The translations under genes and the position numbers were made by a program. This document shows positions 19,263-28,796 of a stretch of DNA of 64,000 nucleotides, in pieces. Source of the DNA: Candidatus Latescibacterota bacterium. Lineage in GTDB: Bacteria; Latescibacterota; UBA2968; GCA-2709665. Every line of letters begins with the position of its first letter. Positions within the stretch are counted from its first letter, which is position 1. Below the pieces are notes generated by a model that searched no databases, was not told the origin of the DNA, and was given only the letters and a program-made list of their open reading frames with translations. The stretch is from positions 3,744,001 to 3,808,000 of the forward strand of contig OZ250150.1 in assembly GCA_965237675.1 (NCBI GenBank), read 5' to 3'.

Positions 19263-20765
19263 ATGAACGATTCGCTGTTCTGGGGAGACCTGCACACGCA
19301 TTGTGCGATCAGCTATGGTTACGGCAGTCTGGACCGGGCCTTCAGACTGGGCCGCGAGCATCTGGATTTTTGTTCGGTGGTAGGACATGCGACGTGGCAC
19401 GACATGCCGGTCGATCGGGATCGTCACGGCTTCATCATCGACTATCATAGAGAGGGATTCGCCACGCTGAAGCGAAACTGGAAGCACGTGAAGGAAACGG
19501 TGAATCGGTATAATCAGCCGGGGCAGTTCGTCACGTTTCCGGGTTATGAGTGGCACTCGTGCGCCTACGGTGACCACAACGTGTATTACATGGAAGACGG
19601 CGGCGAAATTGTCGAGCGCGATAGCCTCGAGGAACTGGACGAAGCGCTTGAGGGGCAGGAGGTTATGATTCATCCCCATCATATCGGTTATGGCGAAGGA
19701 TATCGCGGGATAAACTGGTCCCATTTTGACGCTCGGCGGTCTCCGGCCGTCGAGATTCTGTCCGGCCATGGGGGGTCGGAGCGGGACGGTGGGCCGTACC
19801 CCATGTACCATACGATGGGGCCCAGGCAATATCGGGGAACGTTGGCATACGGGCTGGAACTCGGTCACCGGTTCGGATTTCTGGGAGGCACGGATCATCA
19901 CGGGGGATATCCCGGGCATTACGGAGAGGGAAGAACCGGCGTGTACGCGCCGGAACTCACGCGCCGGGCGATCTGGGACGCGATCCGCGCCAGACGCTGC
20001 TATGCGGTGACGGGGAATCGGATCGCGTTGGATTTTTCCATTAACGATGCGAAAATGGGTGACGAGGTTGCGTTTTCAGGCCCCCGTGAGATTCGTGTAT
20101 CGGTGAGTGGATCCGACGTGCTCGACCAGATAGAGGTCGTGAAGAACAACCGGCCGTTGAGACGTGTTTTCGGACCCCCGCCCGTTGCGGCGCTGCCTGA
20201 CCCGGTCCGGGCGAAGATCCGCGTGGAATGGGGCTGGGGCGACAAAGAGGAGTGGGTGCGATGGGATGCTCGGGTTCGGCTTTCCGATGGACGGCTGGTT
20301 TCCGTGGAGCCCTGTTTCACCGGCGACCCCGTGCTGGCGCCCTCGGCGGATGGTGCGGTTACGGAAACCGGTGAGGAACCGATTCACGGCATTGTGGCTC
20401 ATGATGAACGGCATGTGGCCTGGTTTTCCCATACCCGGGGCAATTCGCACCCGTACCTGCGGGGCACCAACGCGTTGGTCCTGGAATTGGATTCGCCACG
20501 ATCCGCCTCGTTGGAATTCAGTCTCAACGGCGCGACCTATCGCTACGTGCTGGCGGATCTCTTCGAGGGATCCAGGAGCGAATTTATCCGGGGATGGCGA
20601 TCCGAGGCCATGCTCGTGCACCGGGCCGTGCCCCAGGCACAGCTGCAGACGACGCTGGAGTTTGAAGATGACGAACCGGAGCGCGAGACCGATTTCTATT
20701 ATGTCCGTGTGGCGCAGGAGAACAACCAGTGGGCCTGGGCCAGCCCTATCTGGGTGTCGAGTTGA
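19263..20765 (+). CDS. DUF3604 / PHP-fold metallohydrolase
   Basis: WGDLHTH, PGYEWHS, GDHNVY, HPHH, VEILSGHG, GGTDHH, FYYVRVAQ...WASPIWV. Confidence 0.8.
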   Translation: MNDSLFWGDLHTHCAISYGYGSLDRAFRLGREHLDFCSVVGHATWHDMPVDRDRHGFIIDYHREGFATLKRNWKHVKETVNRYNQPGQFVTFPGYEWHSCAYGDHNVYYMEDGGEIVERDSLEELDEALEGQEVMIHPHHIGYGEGYRGINWSHFDARRSPAVEILSGHGGSERDGGPYPMYHTMGPRQYRGTLAYGLELGHRFGFLGGTDHHGGYPGHYGEGRTGVYAPELTRRAIWDAIRARRCYAVTGNRIALDFSINDAKMGDEVAFSGPREIRVSVSGSDVLDQIEVVKNNRPLRRVFGPPPVAALPDPVRAKIRVEWGWGDKEEWVRWDARVRLSDGRLVSVEPCFTGDPVLAPSADGAVTETGEEPIHGIVAHDERHVAWFSHTRGNSHPYLRGTNALVLELDSPRSASLEFSLNGATYRYVLADLFEGSRSEFIRGWRSEAMLVHRAVPQAQLQTTLEFEDDEPERETDFYYVRVAQENNQWAWASPIWVSS

Positions 20766-20885
20766 TTGTGCGCAAGAATATGGAGATGTGGATGCGTATG
20801 ATTGGCGCGATTGGTTGCACCGGGTTAAGATCAGGGGTATCCGTGAGCGCCGTGTGGAATGTATCGTGAGAAATGGAGGTCGTTC

Positions 20886-21659
20886 ATGGTTCTGAAAGAC
20901 CGGGTGGCGATCGTGACCGGTGGCAGTTCGGGAATCGGCCGGGGCGTCGCCCTGGAATTTGCAGGAGAGGGGGCGACGGTGGTGGTGGCCGATGTCCAGG
21001 AGGCGCCGAAGCAGGGGAAATATCACGAGCAGGAGGTTGGGTCACCGACTCTGGAGGAGGTTCGCAGGCTGGGTAGTGACGGGATGTTTATCGAAACCGA
21101 CATGGGTGACGCCGCCGCGGTTGAGGCGCTGGTGAATCGGACGGCTGATGCGTTCGGTGGACTGGACATTCTGGTGAATAACGCGGGGATACACATTCCG
21201 GGAGACAGCCAGTCGCTATCGCTGGAGGCGTGGGACAGGGTGATCGGAGTCAACTTGCGAGGGGTATTCGTCGCGTCCAGAGCCGCGATTCCTCATCTGA
21301 AGCGATCTCAAGCCGGAAGAATCATCAATATCGCGTCGGTGCATTCTTTTGGCGGTGGTGGGGGTCCCGCCTATGCGCCCGCCAAAGCCGGCGTGGTCAA
21401 CCTCACGCGCGATCTGGCGATGGAAGTGGCGCCGGAAGGGGTTACGGCAAACGCGATCTGCCCGGGCTATATCGAAACCGCCATCCAGGACTATCTGACG
21501 GAGGAACAGATCCAGGATGCGCTGGACAGGACGCCGCTTCCCCGATTCGGATTGCCGCGGGATATCGGCCGAGCCTGTGTGTTTCTTGCGTCCTCGGATG
21601 CGGAGTGGATTACGGCGGTGGCGTTGCCGGTAGATGGCGGCTGGCTCGCCCCGGTTTGA
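20886..21659 (+). CDS. SDR family oxidoreductase
   Basis: TGGSSGIG, DILVNNAG, NIASVH, YAPAK; GGAGG RBS. Confidence 0.93.
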   Translation: MVLKDRVAIVTGGSSGIGRGVALEFAGEGATVVVADVQEAPKQGKYHEQEVGSPTLEEVRRLGSDGMFIETDMGDAAAVEALVNRTADAFGGLDILVNNAGIHIPGDSQSLSLEAWDRVIGVNLRGVFVASRAAIPHLKRSQAGRIINIASVHSFGGGGGPAYAPAKAGVVNLTRDLAMEVAPEGVTANAICPGYIETAIQDYLTEEQIQDALDRTPLPRFGLPRDIGRACVFLASSDAEWITAVALPVDGGWLAPV

Positions 21660-21728
21660 TCGGATACGGATACATACCGCCTCGGCTGGCGCATCGTGTC
21701 CGCGCACTGCCCGATTCTTGAGGAAATT

Positions 21729-22796
21729 ATGGAGATTCGAGCCGTCCGGGAAGACGAAATCGAGGAGACGTTAGAACTCCAGAGACTGGTATTTCGACCG
21801 GACGAGGGAGCGGGGGCGCTCGACCGGTACCGGACGTACGTGCGGGACGATCCGAGCTATCGGCTGGATCAGTCGCGGGTTCTCCTGGAAGACGGGCGAA
21901 TCGTGGCGCATTTGCGGGTATGGGATCGGGCAATTCGCGTTCGCGGGGCTGTGATTCGCGCCGGCGGTATCGGCAGCGTGCTGACCCACCCGGAATACAG
22001 GGGCAGGGGATTTGCGCGTGCGCTGATGCGGAAAACGGAAGCGTATATGCTCAATGCCGGGTACGACGTCGGTCTCCTCTTTACGATTATCGGGACACCA
22101 TTCTACGAGACGCTGGGTTGGGCACCCATTCCGCTGCCGACGTTTGCGATTGACCTGGCGTCCGGAACCGTCGACCACGAGGTGAGTCGTGTCAGAACTC
22201 TGGATGTCGCGCGGGATCTGGATGCCGTTATGGCGATTTACGAGCAGTGTTCCCGCAGCCTGACCGGTCCTGAAGTGAGGCCAAGGGAGTACTGGACGGC
22301 AGGCCCCTCGCGAATACGGGGTGTTTTCCCTCAGTGGGGCGTTGGGCAGGATGCGGATCTGTGCGGTTATGCGACCTTCGACGCAACCGGGGATCGGATC
22401 TGGGTGAAAGAAGGATGCGTTCAGCCATCGCATGAAGCGGTGTTCGCGGACCTGGCGCGGTGGGTTTGCCGGTGCGCCCGCCAGAACGGATTGACTCGGG
22501 TAGAGGGCAGTCTTCCGGCGGAACACGGGTTGGTACGCGCGCTCGAAGAGGTCTGTGGTTCCACTGCGGCGTGGGACGGCCACGATGAGATGATGTTGAA
22601 GGGAATCAACTGGCGAAGAATCAAGGAAAAGCTGGACGGGAATCCGCCGCCCGGGGGAGCGCCGGCAGCCGAGGGAGCGTTCTGGCGCGCGTTATTCGGT
22701 CAGGATGTGGACGGTATGGATGAATCGCTGACGGAGTGGATGGATTCGTTGCCGGAGTGCGAGGGGCCGTTCTACTGGTGGAGCGATATTTTTTAG
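21729..22796 (+). CDS. GNAT family N-acetyltransferase (Eis-like tandem GNAT)
   Basis: GGIGSVLTHPEYRGRGFARALM acetyl-CoA motif; PFYETLGW. Confidence 0.85.
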   Translation: MEIRAVREDEIEETLELQRLVFRPDEGAGALDRYRTYVRDDPSYRLDQSRVLLEDGRIVAHLRVWDRAIRVRGAVIRAGGIGSVLTHPEYRGRGFARALMRKTEAYMLNAGYDVGLLFTIIGTPFYETLGWAPIPLPTFAIDLASGTVDHEVSRVRTLDVARDLDAVMAIYEQCSRSLTGPEVRPREYWTAGPSRIRGVFPQWGVGQDADLCGYATFDATGDRIWVKEGCVQPSHEAVFADLARWVCRCARQNGLTRVEGSLPAEHGLVRALEEVCGSTAAWDGHDEMMLKGINWRRIKEKLDGNPPPGGAPAAEGAFWRALFGQDVDGMDESLTEWMDSLPECEGPFYWWSDIF

Positions 22797-24661
22797 TATT
22801 CGCAGCGGCCGTGGTTGGGGTTGAGCCGCGCTTCGGCATCGTCCACCATCCCTTTCAGAATTTGTGCTGCAAGCTGGTCGATGGCGGTTTTCGTCTCCTC
22901 CAGGTTGGATCCGCACAGGTGAGGATGGTCCACAGACGCCGCTGAGACGTAGTATTTGATTTTGGGTTCCGTGCCTGAAGGTCGGGCGGTGACACGGGAA
23001 TGGCCGGCGGACGTGAAGGTGAAGGCAATCACGTCGCCCTTTGCGCCGTCGATCCTTCGGCCGATGCCCGTCTGCAGGTTCAGTGCCCTCCCCACCCTTC
23101 TGTCGATGATCTCCACGATGTCGCAGCCGCCGATCTGTCGGGGTGGATGGGTTCTGAGGGATTCCATAATTTGAACGATATCCCGGCTGCCCTGTGCCCC
23201 GGATCGGAAAACGGACTCCTGGATTTCCCTGAAGTATCCGTATTCCCTGTAGATGTCGTCCAGGTAGTCTCGCAGTGTGCGCCGACGGGTTTTCAGGTCC
23301 GCGGCGCATTCCGACAGGAGGACGGCGGCAACGGCGGCGTCCTTGTCTCTGGTGAAAGATCCGGCCAGATAACCGTGGCTTTCTTCGGTTCCGAAGAGGA
23401 ATTTGGCGCCCGGCAGAAGATTGGCGATAATCCCACCGATGTATTTGAAGCCGACCAGCAGGTCGTCTACCACCGTGGCGTCGAAGGCACGTGCGATGAT
23501 GGACGTGAGGTCGGTTGTGACGATTGTTTTCGCGACCACGCCACCGCCCGCCGGTTCCCGGCGGTTCTTTTTCGTCTGTAAGAGGTAGTGGCACAGGACA
23601 ACGCCAATCTGATTGCCGTTGAGCGCAAGATCCTCAAGGGGGGCGTTCCATCCGTATCGGGAATCCGGAACCGCGCACCCGAGCCGGTCGGCGTCGGGAT
23701 CGCTGGCAATGACCATATCGGCGTCGATCTCGGCGGCTTTTTCTACGGCCAGAGCGAGCGCGCGGGGATCTTCGGGGTTGGCGATGCCGTTCCGGACCGT
23801 CGGGAAGTTGCCGTCCGGTTGCGCCTGCGATGCAACAACGTGCAGGTCCGCGTAGCCGAGGATATGCAGGACCGGCGATATCGACGTGGTACCCACACCA
23901 TGTAACGGAGTGTAGACCAGACGGACGTTGCGTTCGGGGCTGAGAGAGAGGTTCGCCAGTTCACGCAGATAGAGCGTGTCGATGGTCCGGCCGAGGTTTC
24001 CGACGAGGCCCTTTTCAACCGCCTGACTGAAGTCGCACTTCTTGATTGCACGTACGGATTTGACTTCCGCGATGATGTTTCTGTCGTGAGGAGGCACAAC
24101 CTGGCCGCCGTCGGACCAGTACACCTTGATGCCGTTGTCGGTAGGCGGGTTGTGGCTGGCGCTGATCACCACACCGGCAACCGCGTTGGTCTGCCGGACC
24201 GTAAAGGAAAGTTGGGGGGAGGACCGGAATGTTCCGAAGAGTCTGGCGTGGATACCGTTGCCAGCCAGAACAGCCGCGACCTCATTGGCGAAGTCTTCCG
24301 AATTATTCCGGGTGTCGTATGCGATGACAACGCCACGATGCGGTGTATCGGTGCCGGATTTGAGGATGTATTGTGCGATTCCCTGGGCGGCTTCCCCGAC
24401 GGTTCGCAAGTTGATGCGGTTTGGACCCGGCCCCATGGCGCCCCGAATCCCACCGGTGCCGAATGCGATCCGGATGCGAAAGGCGTCTTCGAGTTCCTCC
24501 ACGTCTCCAGCCAGCACCAGGTTCTGAATATCTGCGACAGCGGCAGCGTAAACGGGGTCGGTGAGCCAGAGTACGGCGTTCTTCCCGGCGGCTCCGGAGA
24601 GTTCGCCCGCGGCGACCCAGAGTTCGATATTTTTGAGGATGTGCGTGGGCGTTTTTTGCAC
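22793..24661 (-). CDS. pgm: Phosphoglucomutase/phosphomannomutase (alpha-D-phosphohexomutase)
   Basis: FGTGGIRG, active-site ISASHNP, metal loop DPDADR, sugar loop GTEESHG, RPSGTEPKIKYY. Confidence 0.93.
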   Translation of the reverse strand: MQKTPTHILKNIELWVAAGELSGAAGKNAVLWLTDPVYAAAVADIQNLVLAGDVEELEDAFRIRIAFGTGGIRGAMGPGPNRINLRTVGEAAQGIAQYILKSGTDTPHRGVVIAYDTRNNSEDFANEVAAVLAGNGIHARLFGTFRSSPQLSFTVRQTNAVAGVVISASHNPPTDNGIKVYWSDGGQVVPPHDRNIIAEVKSVRAIKKCDFSQAVEKGLVGNLGRTIDTLYLRELANLSLSPERNVRLVYTPLHGVGTTSISPVLHILGYADLHVVASQAQPDGNFPTVRNGIANPEDPRALALAVEKAAEIDADMVIASDPDADRLGCAVPDSRYGWNAPLEDLALNGNQIGVVLCHYLLQTKKNRREPAGGGVVAKTIVTTDLTSIIARAFDATVVDDLLVGFKYIGGIIANLLPGAKFLFGTEESHGYLAGSFTRDKDAAVAAVLLSECAADLKTRRRTLRDYLDDIYREYGYFREIQESVFRSGAQGSRDIVQIMESLRTHPPRQIGGCDIVEIIDRRVGRALNLQTGIGRRIDGAKGDVIAFTFTSAGHSRVTARPSGTEPKIKYYVSAASVDHPHLCGSNLEETKTAIDQLAAQILKGMVDDAEARLNPNHGRCEY

Positions 24662-24850
24662 AGAATTGCTCCTGTTGAATGCCCGCCAATTCCGTTGAAG
24701 ATAGATTGCGGCATGCCCGGCGGGTGCCCGCCGGTTCGGTGCTTTCTAATATATCCTATGAGAGGCCACGATCAACAGATAAATCGCTTGACTTTCGGAA
24801 GGCATTGTGCATATTGTTCGTAAGTGAAACAGTTATAAGGAGTTGGCCAT

Positions 24851-25540
24851 ATGCCTACACTCTTTTTGTTGCCGCTCGCAGCCGTGTTGTTTTTCCTGCA
24901 ACCGGTCCGAGTGTGGGCAAGAGGAACGTGCGGCGAAGGGCGGGAACCGGGGTTGGATTTGCGTTTGAGGCCGTGGATCGGTTTGGCGGGTATCCGGCTA
25001 TTCTACGCCAATGGCACATGGCGCGTGGGGGCGCTTGCGGGGTGGTGGACGGTGTGGACAACGCCGCTGGGAAAAGATAAGAGTCGGCGCAAGAAAAGCG
25101 GCACAAAGGAACGGGCCGAAGGGAAACCGCATGTTCTGGACCGGCTCTCGGCAATGGGCGATCGTTTGGCGCGGATTGGGGTTTATTTCAAGAGGCTGTG
25201 GTTGCCCGCACGGCGATTTGCGTCGCGGGTTCTGAAGGGGTTCCGTTTGCGCCGCTTTTCCTGTAAGGTCGTATTTGGCGCAGCCAATCCGGCCACCACC
25301 GGACAGGTTTTTGGGTACTTCATGGCGGCTTCGTCTTTAGCCGGGATAAGCGGATGCATTGAAGCGACCCCGGATTTTGAGCAGCGGCGGCTGGATGGCG
25401 AAGCCGAGGTGGAAATCCGGGTGTATCCCCACCGGCTGTTATGCGCGGTTGCCTGCGTTGCGTGGTGCGCAGCGCTGGCCTGGTTTTTGGAGCGACGTGA
25501 TCTGAAGCGGAGACAGGGGGCGTCAGGCGTGCCGGCGTAA
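24851..25540 (+). CDS. DUF2953 (YtfI-like) membrane-anchored protein
   Basis: N-terminal TM helix; VVFGAANPATTGQVFG and IEATPDF motifs; lies upstream of a ytfJ homologue. Confidence 0.7.
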   Translation: MPTLFLLPLAAVLFFLQPVRVWARGTCGEGREPGLDLRLRPWIGLAGIRLFYANGTWRVGALAGWWTVWTTPLGKDKSRRKKSGTKERAEGKPHVLDRLSAMGDRLARIGVYFKRLWLPARRFASRVLKGFRLRRFSCKVVFGAANPATTGQVFGYFMAASSLAGISGCIEATPDFEQRRLDGEAEVEIRVYPHRLLCAVACVAWCAALAWFLERRDLKRRQGASGVPA

Positions 25541-25568
25541 TGAGTTGAGTGGACCTTGAGGAGGCGTT

Positions 25569-25970
25569 ATGTCTGTTGAAGATCTCATCAAGACGGTGAT
25601 GACGGAATTCCGCCAAATGGTAAAGACGGAGACGGTTGTGGGCGAACCGATCGAGATAGGGGGGACGGTTGTGGTACCGGTGTCCAGGATTTCGTTCGGG
25701 TTCGGCGCGGGCGCGGGCGCGGACAAGACGGATGGTGGCGGGAGCGGAACCGGCGGCGGGGCTTCCGTGGAACCGCTGGCATTTTTTGTGATTCGAGACG
25801 GAAAAGCACAGATTCTCCCCGTACAGGAGAAAGAAGGATCCATAAAGGCGTTGTTGGATCTGGCACCGGACCTTCTGGCAAGAGTGAAGGCGTTCAAGGA
25901 GAAGAGAGACAGGAAAAGAGCCGAGGCGGAAGTCGAGACCGATTCCGGTGGTGACGACGTGAGCGCATAG
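25569..25970 (+). CDS. ytfJ: YtfJ/GerW family protein
   Basis: KTETVVGEPIEIGGTVVVPVSRISFGFGAGAG...GTGGGASVEPLAFFVI; GAGGAGG RBS. Confidence 0.88.
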   Translation: MSVEDLIKTVMTEFRQMVKTETVVGEPIEIGGTVVVPVSRISFGFGAGAGADKTDGGGSGTGGGASVEPLAFFVIRDGKAQILPVQEKEGSIKALLDLAPDLLARVKAFKEKRDRKRAEAEVETDSGGDDVSA

Positions 25971-25982
25971 GTCGGAGGAGCC

Positions 25983-27212
25983 ATGAACCGGCTGCTGCTT
26001 CTGATTCCGACAACGACCTATCGCACTCACGCTTTCATGGCCGCCGCCGCGTTGCTCGATGCAGCGGTGGTGGTGGGAACCGACCGCCGTCAGGCGCTGG
26101 AAAGTCAGATACCTGGAAGTACGCTGGCGCTGGACTTTGCAAGGCCCGCAGCCGCCGTGGAGGAGATTGTCGCTTTTTCGAAGGCGTACCCAATCCGGTC
26201 GGTGGTGGGCGTGGATGATAAGACCGTCCTGATCGCCGCGATGGCATGCAGGGCACTCGGACTTCCGCACAATTCGGTTGCGTCCGTCCGTGCGTCCCGG
26301 TACAAACACGTAATGCGCCAGATGCTTGCTGAAACAGGCCTGCCCTCTCCGGGGTTCAGGCTTTTTTCAATTTCGGAAGATCCGGAGGTGGCCGCCACAG
26401 AGGCGAAATATCCCTGTGTGTTGAAACCCGTGTATCTGTCCGCCAGCCGCGGCGTCATCCGCGCGAACGAAAGCGGGGAATTCGTGACGGCTTTCAACCG
26501 GATTCTGCGGTTGATTTCGGAGTCTGCCCACGATGCGCCTGAAGGCGGAGATTGCATTCTGGTGGAGGACTACATACCAGGCGAGGAGGTGGCGTTGGAG
26601 GGATTGCTGGTGGAGGGAGAGTTACGGACCCTCGCCTTGTTCGACAAACCGGATCCGCTCCGCGGGCCGTATTTTGCCGAGACACTGTACGTAACGCCCT
26701 CCCGGCTGCCCGAATCCACGCAGACACAGATCCGTGAGACCGCGCAGAGGGCCGCGCGTGCCCTTGGGCTGGGCGTGGGGCCCGTGCATGCCGAGTTGCG
26801 GCTGAATAGACGCGGCGTCTACGTCGTGGAAATCGCAGCGCGGTCCATCGGCGGGCTGTGTTCGCGTGTTTTACGTTTTGGCGCCGGCGCGTCGCTGGAA
26901 GAGCTGATTCTACGCCAGGCAACGGGGAACGCTCCGGGCGACTTGACGAGGGAAAATACCGCGGCCGGCGTGATGATGCTGCCGGTGCCGAAGCCGGGAA
27001 TTCTGCGGTCGGTGCAGGGGTTGGAACGTGCACGGTGCGTACGTGGAATTGTTGAGGTCGTGATGACCATTCCCCTGGATCAGCCTGTACAACCGCTGCC
27101 CGAGGGCGACCGGTATCTGGGCTTCATCTTCGCACGCGAAGAGACACCCGTGGCGGTGGAAGCGGCCCTTCGCGAGGCCTACCGCCGTCTCGGGGTGGTC
27201 ATCGAGGGATGA
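25983..27212 (+). CDS. ATP-grasp domain ligase (L-amino-acid-ligase-like)
   Basis: YPCVLKP, SASRGVIR, LVEDYIPGEE, GPVHAELR, VVEIAARSIGG; GGAGGAG RBS. Confidence 0.88.
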   Translation: MNRLLLLIPTTTYRTHAFMAAAALLDAAVVVGTDRRQALESQIPGSTLALDFARPAAAVEEIVAFSKAYPIRSVVGVDDKTVLIAAMACRALGLPHNSVASVRASRYKHVMRQMLAETGLPSPGFRLFSISEDPEVAATEAKYPCVLKPVYLSASRGVIRANESGEFVTAFNRILRLISESAHDAPEGGDCILVEDYIPGEEVALEGLLVEGELRTLALFDKPDPLRGPYFAETLYVTPSRLPESTQTQIRETAQRAARALGLGVGPVHAELRLNRRGVYVVEIAARSIGGLCSRVLRFGAGASLEELILRQATGNAPGDLTRENTAAGVMMLPVPKPGILRSVQGLERARCVRGIVEVVMTIPLDQPVQPLPEGDRYLGFIFAREETPVAVEAALREAYRRLGVVIEG

Positions 27213-27289
27213 TAGGGTGGCATTCAATCCGACGGGAGCCTGATCGGATTGCCCTGCGTCATTCCTTTAGCGACGTGCTTCCCGTTCTT

Positions 27290-27323
27290 CCAATCAGACA
27301 AGAGCAAACTGCTCTTCGGTTGG
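27290..27323 (-). promoter_or_regulatory. Candidate bacterial SECIS element
   Basis: mRNA UGA-GCGGAG-CCAA-CCG-AAGAGC-AGUUU-GCUCUU-GUCUGA-UUGG. It has a 6-bp upper stem, a 5-nt loop with G at position 2, a lower CCAA/UUGG stem, and 19 nt between the UGA and the loop. Confidence 0.7.
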
Positions 27324-28703
27324 CTCCGCTCAGCAGTACCAGGGCTCGGTGAGGCGGGGAAGGGATTGGCGGTTCGAGTCAATACCGGAATCGAACTCCG
27401 GGGCCGGGCGGCCCAACAGGTGGTGGAGGTACGACCGGATTCTATGGAAAATTTCTCGCCGGCTGGTGTCCTGATTCTGAAGCCGTGTGACCAACCGGGT
27501 GAGTTCGTGTTGGAGCCGATCCAACCGTACATCCGGATGTGCCCACGGATATGACAGGGTTTCGGGTGCGAAGGGTTCCACCAGGTCCCGAATCTGGGCA
27601 AGGTCCAGGAGTCTTGAGCCTTTGGGGATGAGCAGCCGTATCGTGAGCTGTACGGGAGAGACGTTCTCGATCAGGTCAAGGCCCGCGAGGGTGTCCAGAA
27701 AGCCGGCATAGTGCTCCATGGTGGCCCAGGGCGTGAACGGGATGAAGGTCGGATTCATTACGAGTTCGTGTCGTCGAAAGAGATGCACGACTTCGATGAA
27801 GTCGTCGACTGTATGGCCCTTGTCCAACCGCGCGAGGACCCGGTCGTCGAGGGACTCGACGGCGGTCGTGACAATCGCGCACCCGGTATCTTTGAGGAGG
27901 GGCAGATAACGGCTATACCCTAGCAGATGTTCGATTTTGACGGTGATGTCGTAGGTGACATCGGGAAATGTTTCGTGGAGCCTTTTTAAAATCGGTATGG
28001 CGTGGCCGATACCGTTGAAGAAGTCGGGATCACCAAACGTGATGTGACCGGCCCCCGCGGCGACCTGTTTCGCAATGTCGTCCAGCACGGTCTCCGGTTG
28101 CACAATACGGAATCTGCCCCTGTACACGGGCACCACGGGACAATGGCGACAGAGATGTTTGCAACCTCGGCTGGCCTCCGTATAGCCGACGGTTGTGAGA
28201 TGTCCGTCCTCTGTGGATAGTCGCGCGTATCGGGAAAGGTCCGGCAGGCCTGTCCGGTCGGGCGGAAGAAACCGCAGCCTGGCCAGGGAAACGACGGGCT
28301 CTTCCTGATCCGGGGTGGCGCTCGAGGCCTCTTGCAGACGCCTGCAGAGTTGAAGCAGTCCGTTTTCGAATTCTCCGCCGAGAATGGTCTGGGCGCCCAC
28401 GCTTCGCAGGAAGGATTCGTTCACGGATGCATAGAGCCCATAGAAACAGAGGTGGGCGTTGGCATTCTGTTCGCGGGCTCTTAAGGCAAGCGGTACGGCA
28501 AGTCGCGTTGCCGTGTGCATTGGCACGTAGAATGCTACCAGATCGGCGTCCCGAACGGCCTCGTCAGGAAAATCGTCTATTGAAACGTCAGCCAGGACAA
28601 CGTGGATGCCCGCCCTCCGCAACCATCCTGCCGGCGAGGCCAGACCGAATGGCTGACGACCCAATTCGTAGGTGGACACGAGCACGACTTTGAATGGACG
28701 CAA
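27294..28703 (-). CDS. CUAEP-tail radical SAM selenoprotein (B12-binding-like N-domain plus radical SAM), Sec at TGA 27330-27332
   Basis: CxxxCxxC motif SRGCKHLCRHCP. Reading through the TGA gives ...LTEPWYC-U-AEPTEEQFALV-stop(27294), the CUAEP/CCAEP tail. A hairpin lies directly 3' of the UGA. Confidence 0.88.
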
Positions 28704-28736
28704 TGGGGAGATGGTAGGCAGCCCTTGGTCATCCTG

Positions 28737-28785
28737 AAAAAAACGGCAGACACGGGGGCGGCCCTCACGAAGTCTGCCGTTTTTT
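28737..28785 (-). terminator. Rho-independent terminator after nfuA (potentially bidirectional)
   Basis: AAAAAACGGCAGAC...GTCTGCCGTTTTTT perfect inverted repeat with A/T tracts on both sides. Confidence 0.8.
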
Positions 28786-28796
28786 GTAAGCTGTTG

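Noticed and set aside
27330-27332. TGA as the true stop of the radical SAM gene, as in the ORF track
   Set aside because: The downstream codons give the AEP tail and a SECIS-like hairpin, so Sec readthrough is the better explanation.
28704-28796. Radical SAM as the last gene of the suf transcript
   Set aside because: A strong terminator hairpin with a U-tract (28737-28785) separates nfuA from it, so co-transcription cannot be assumed.
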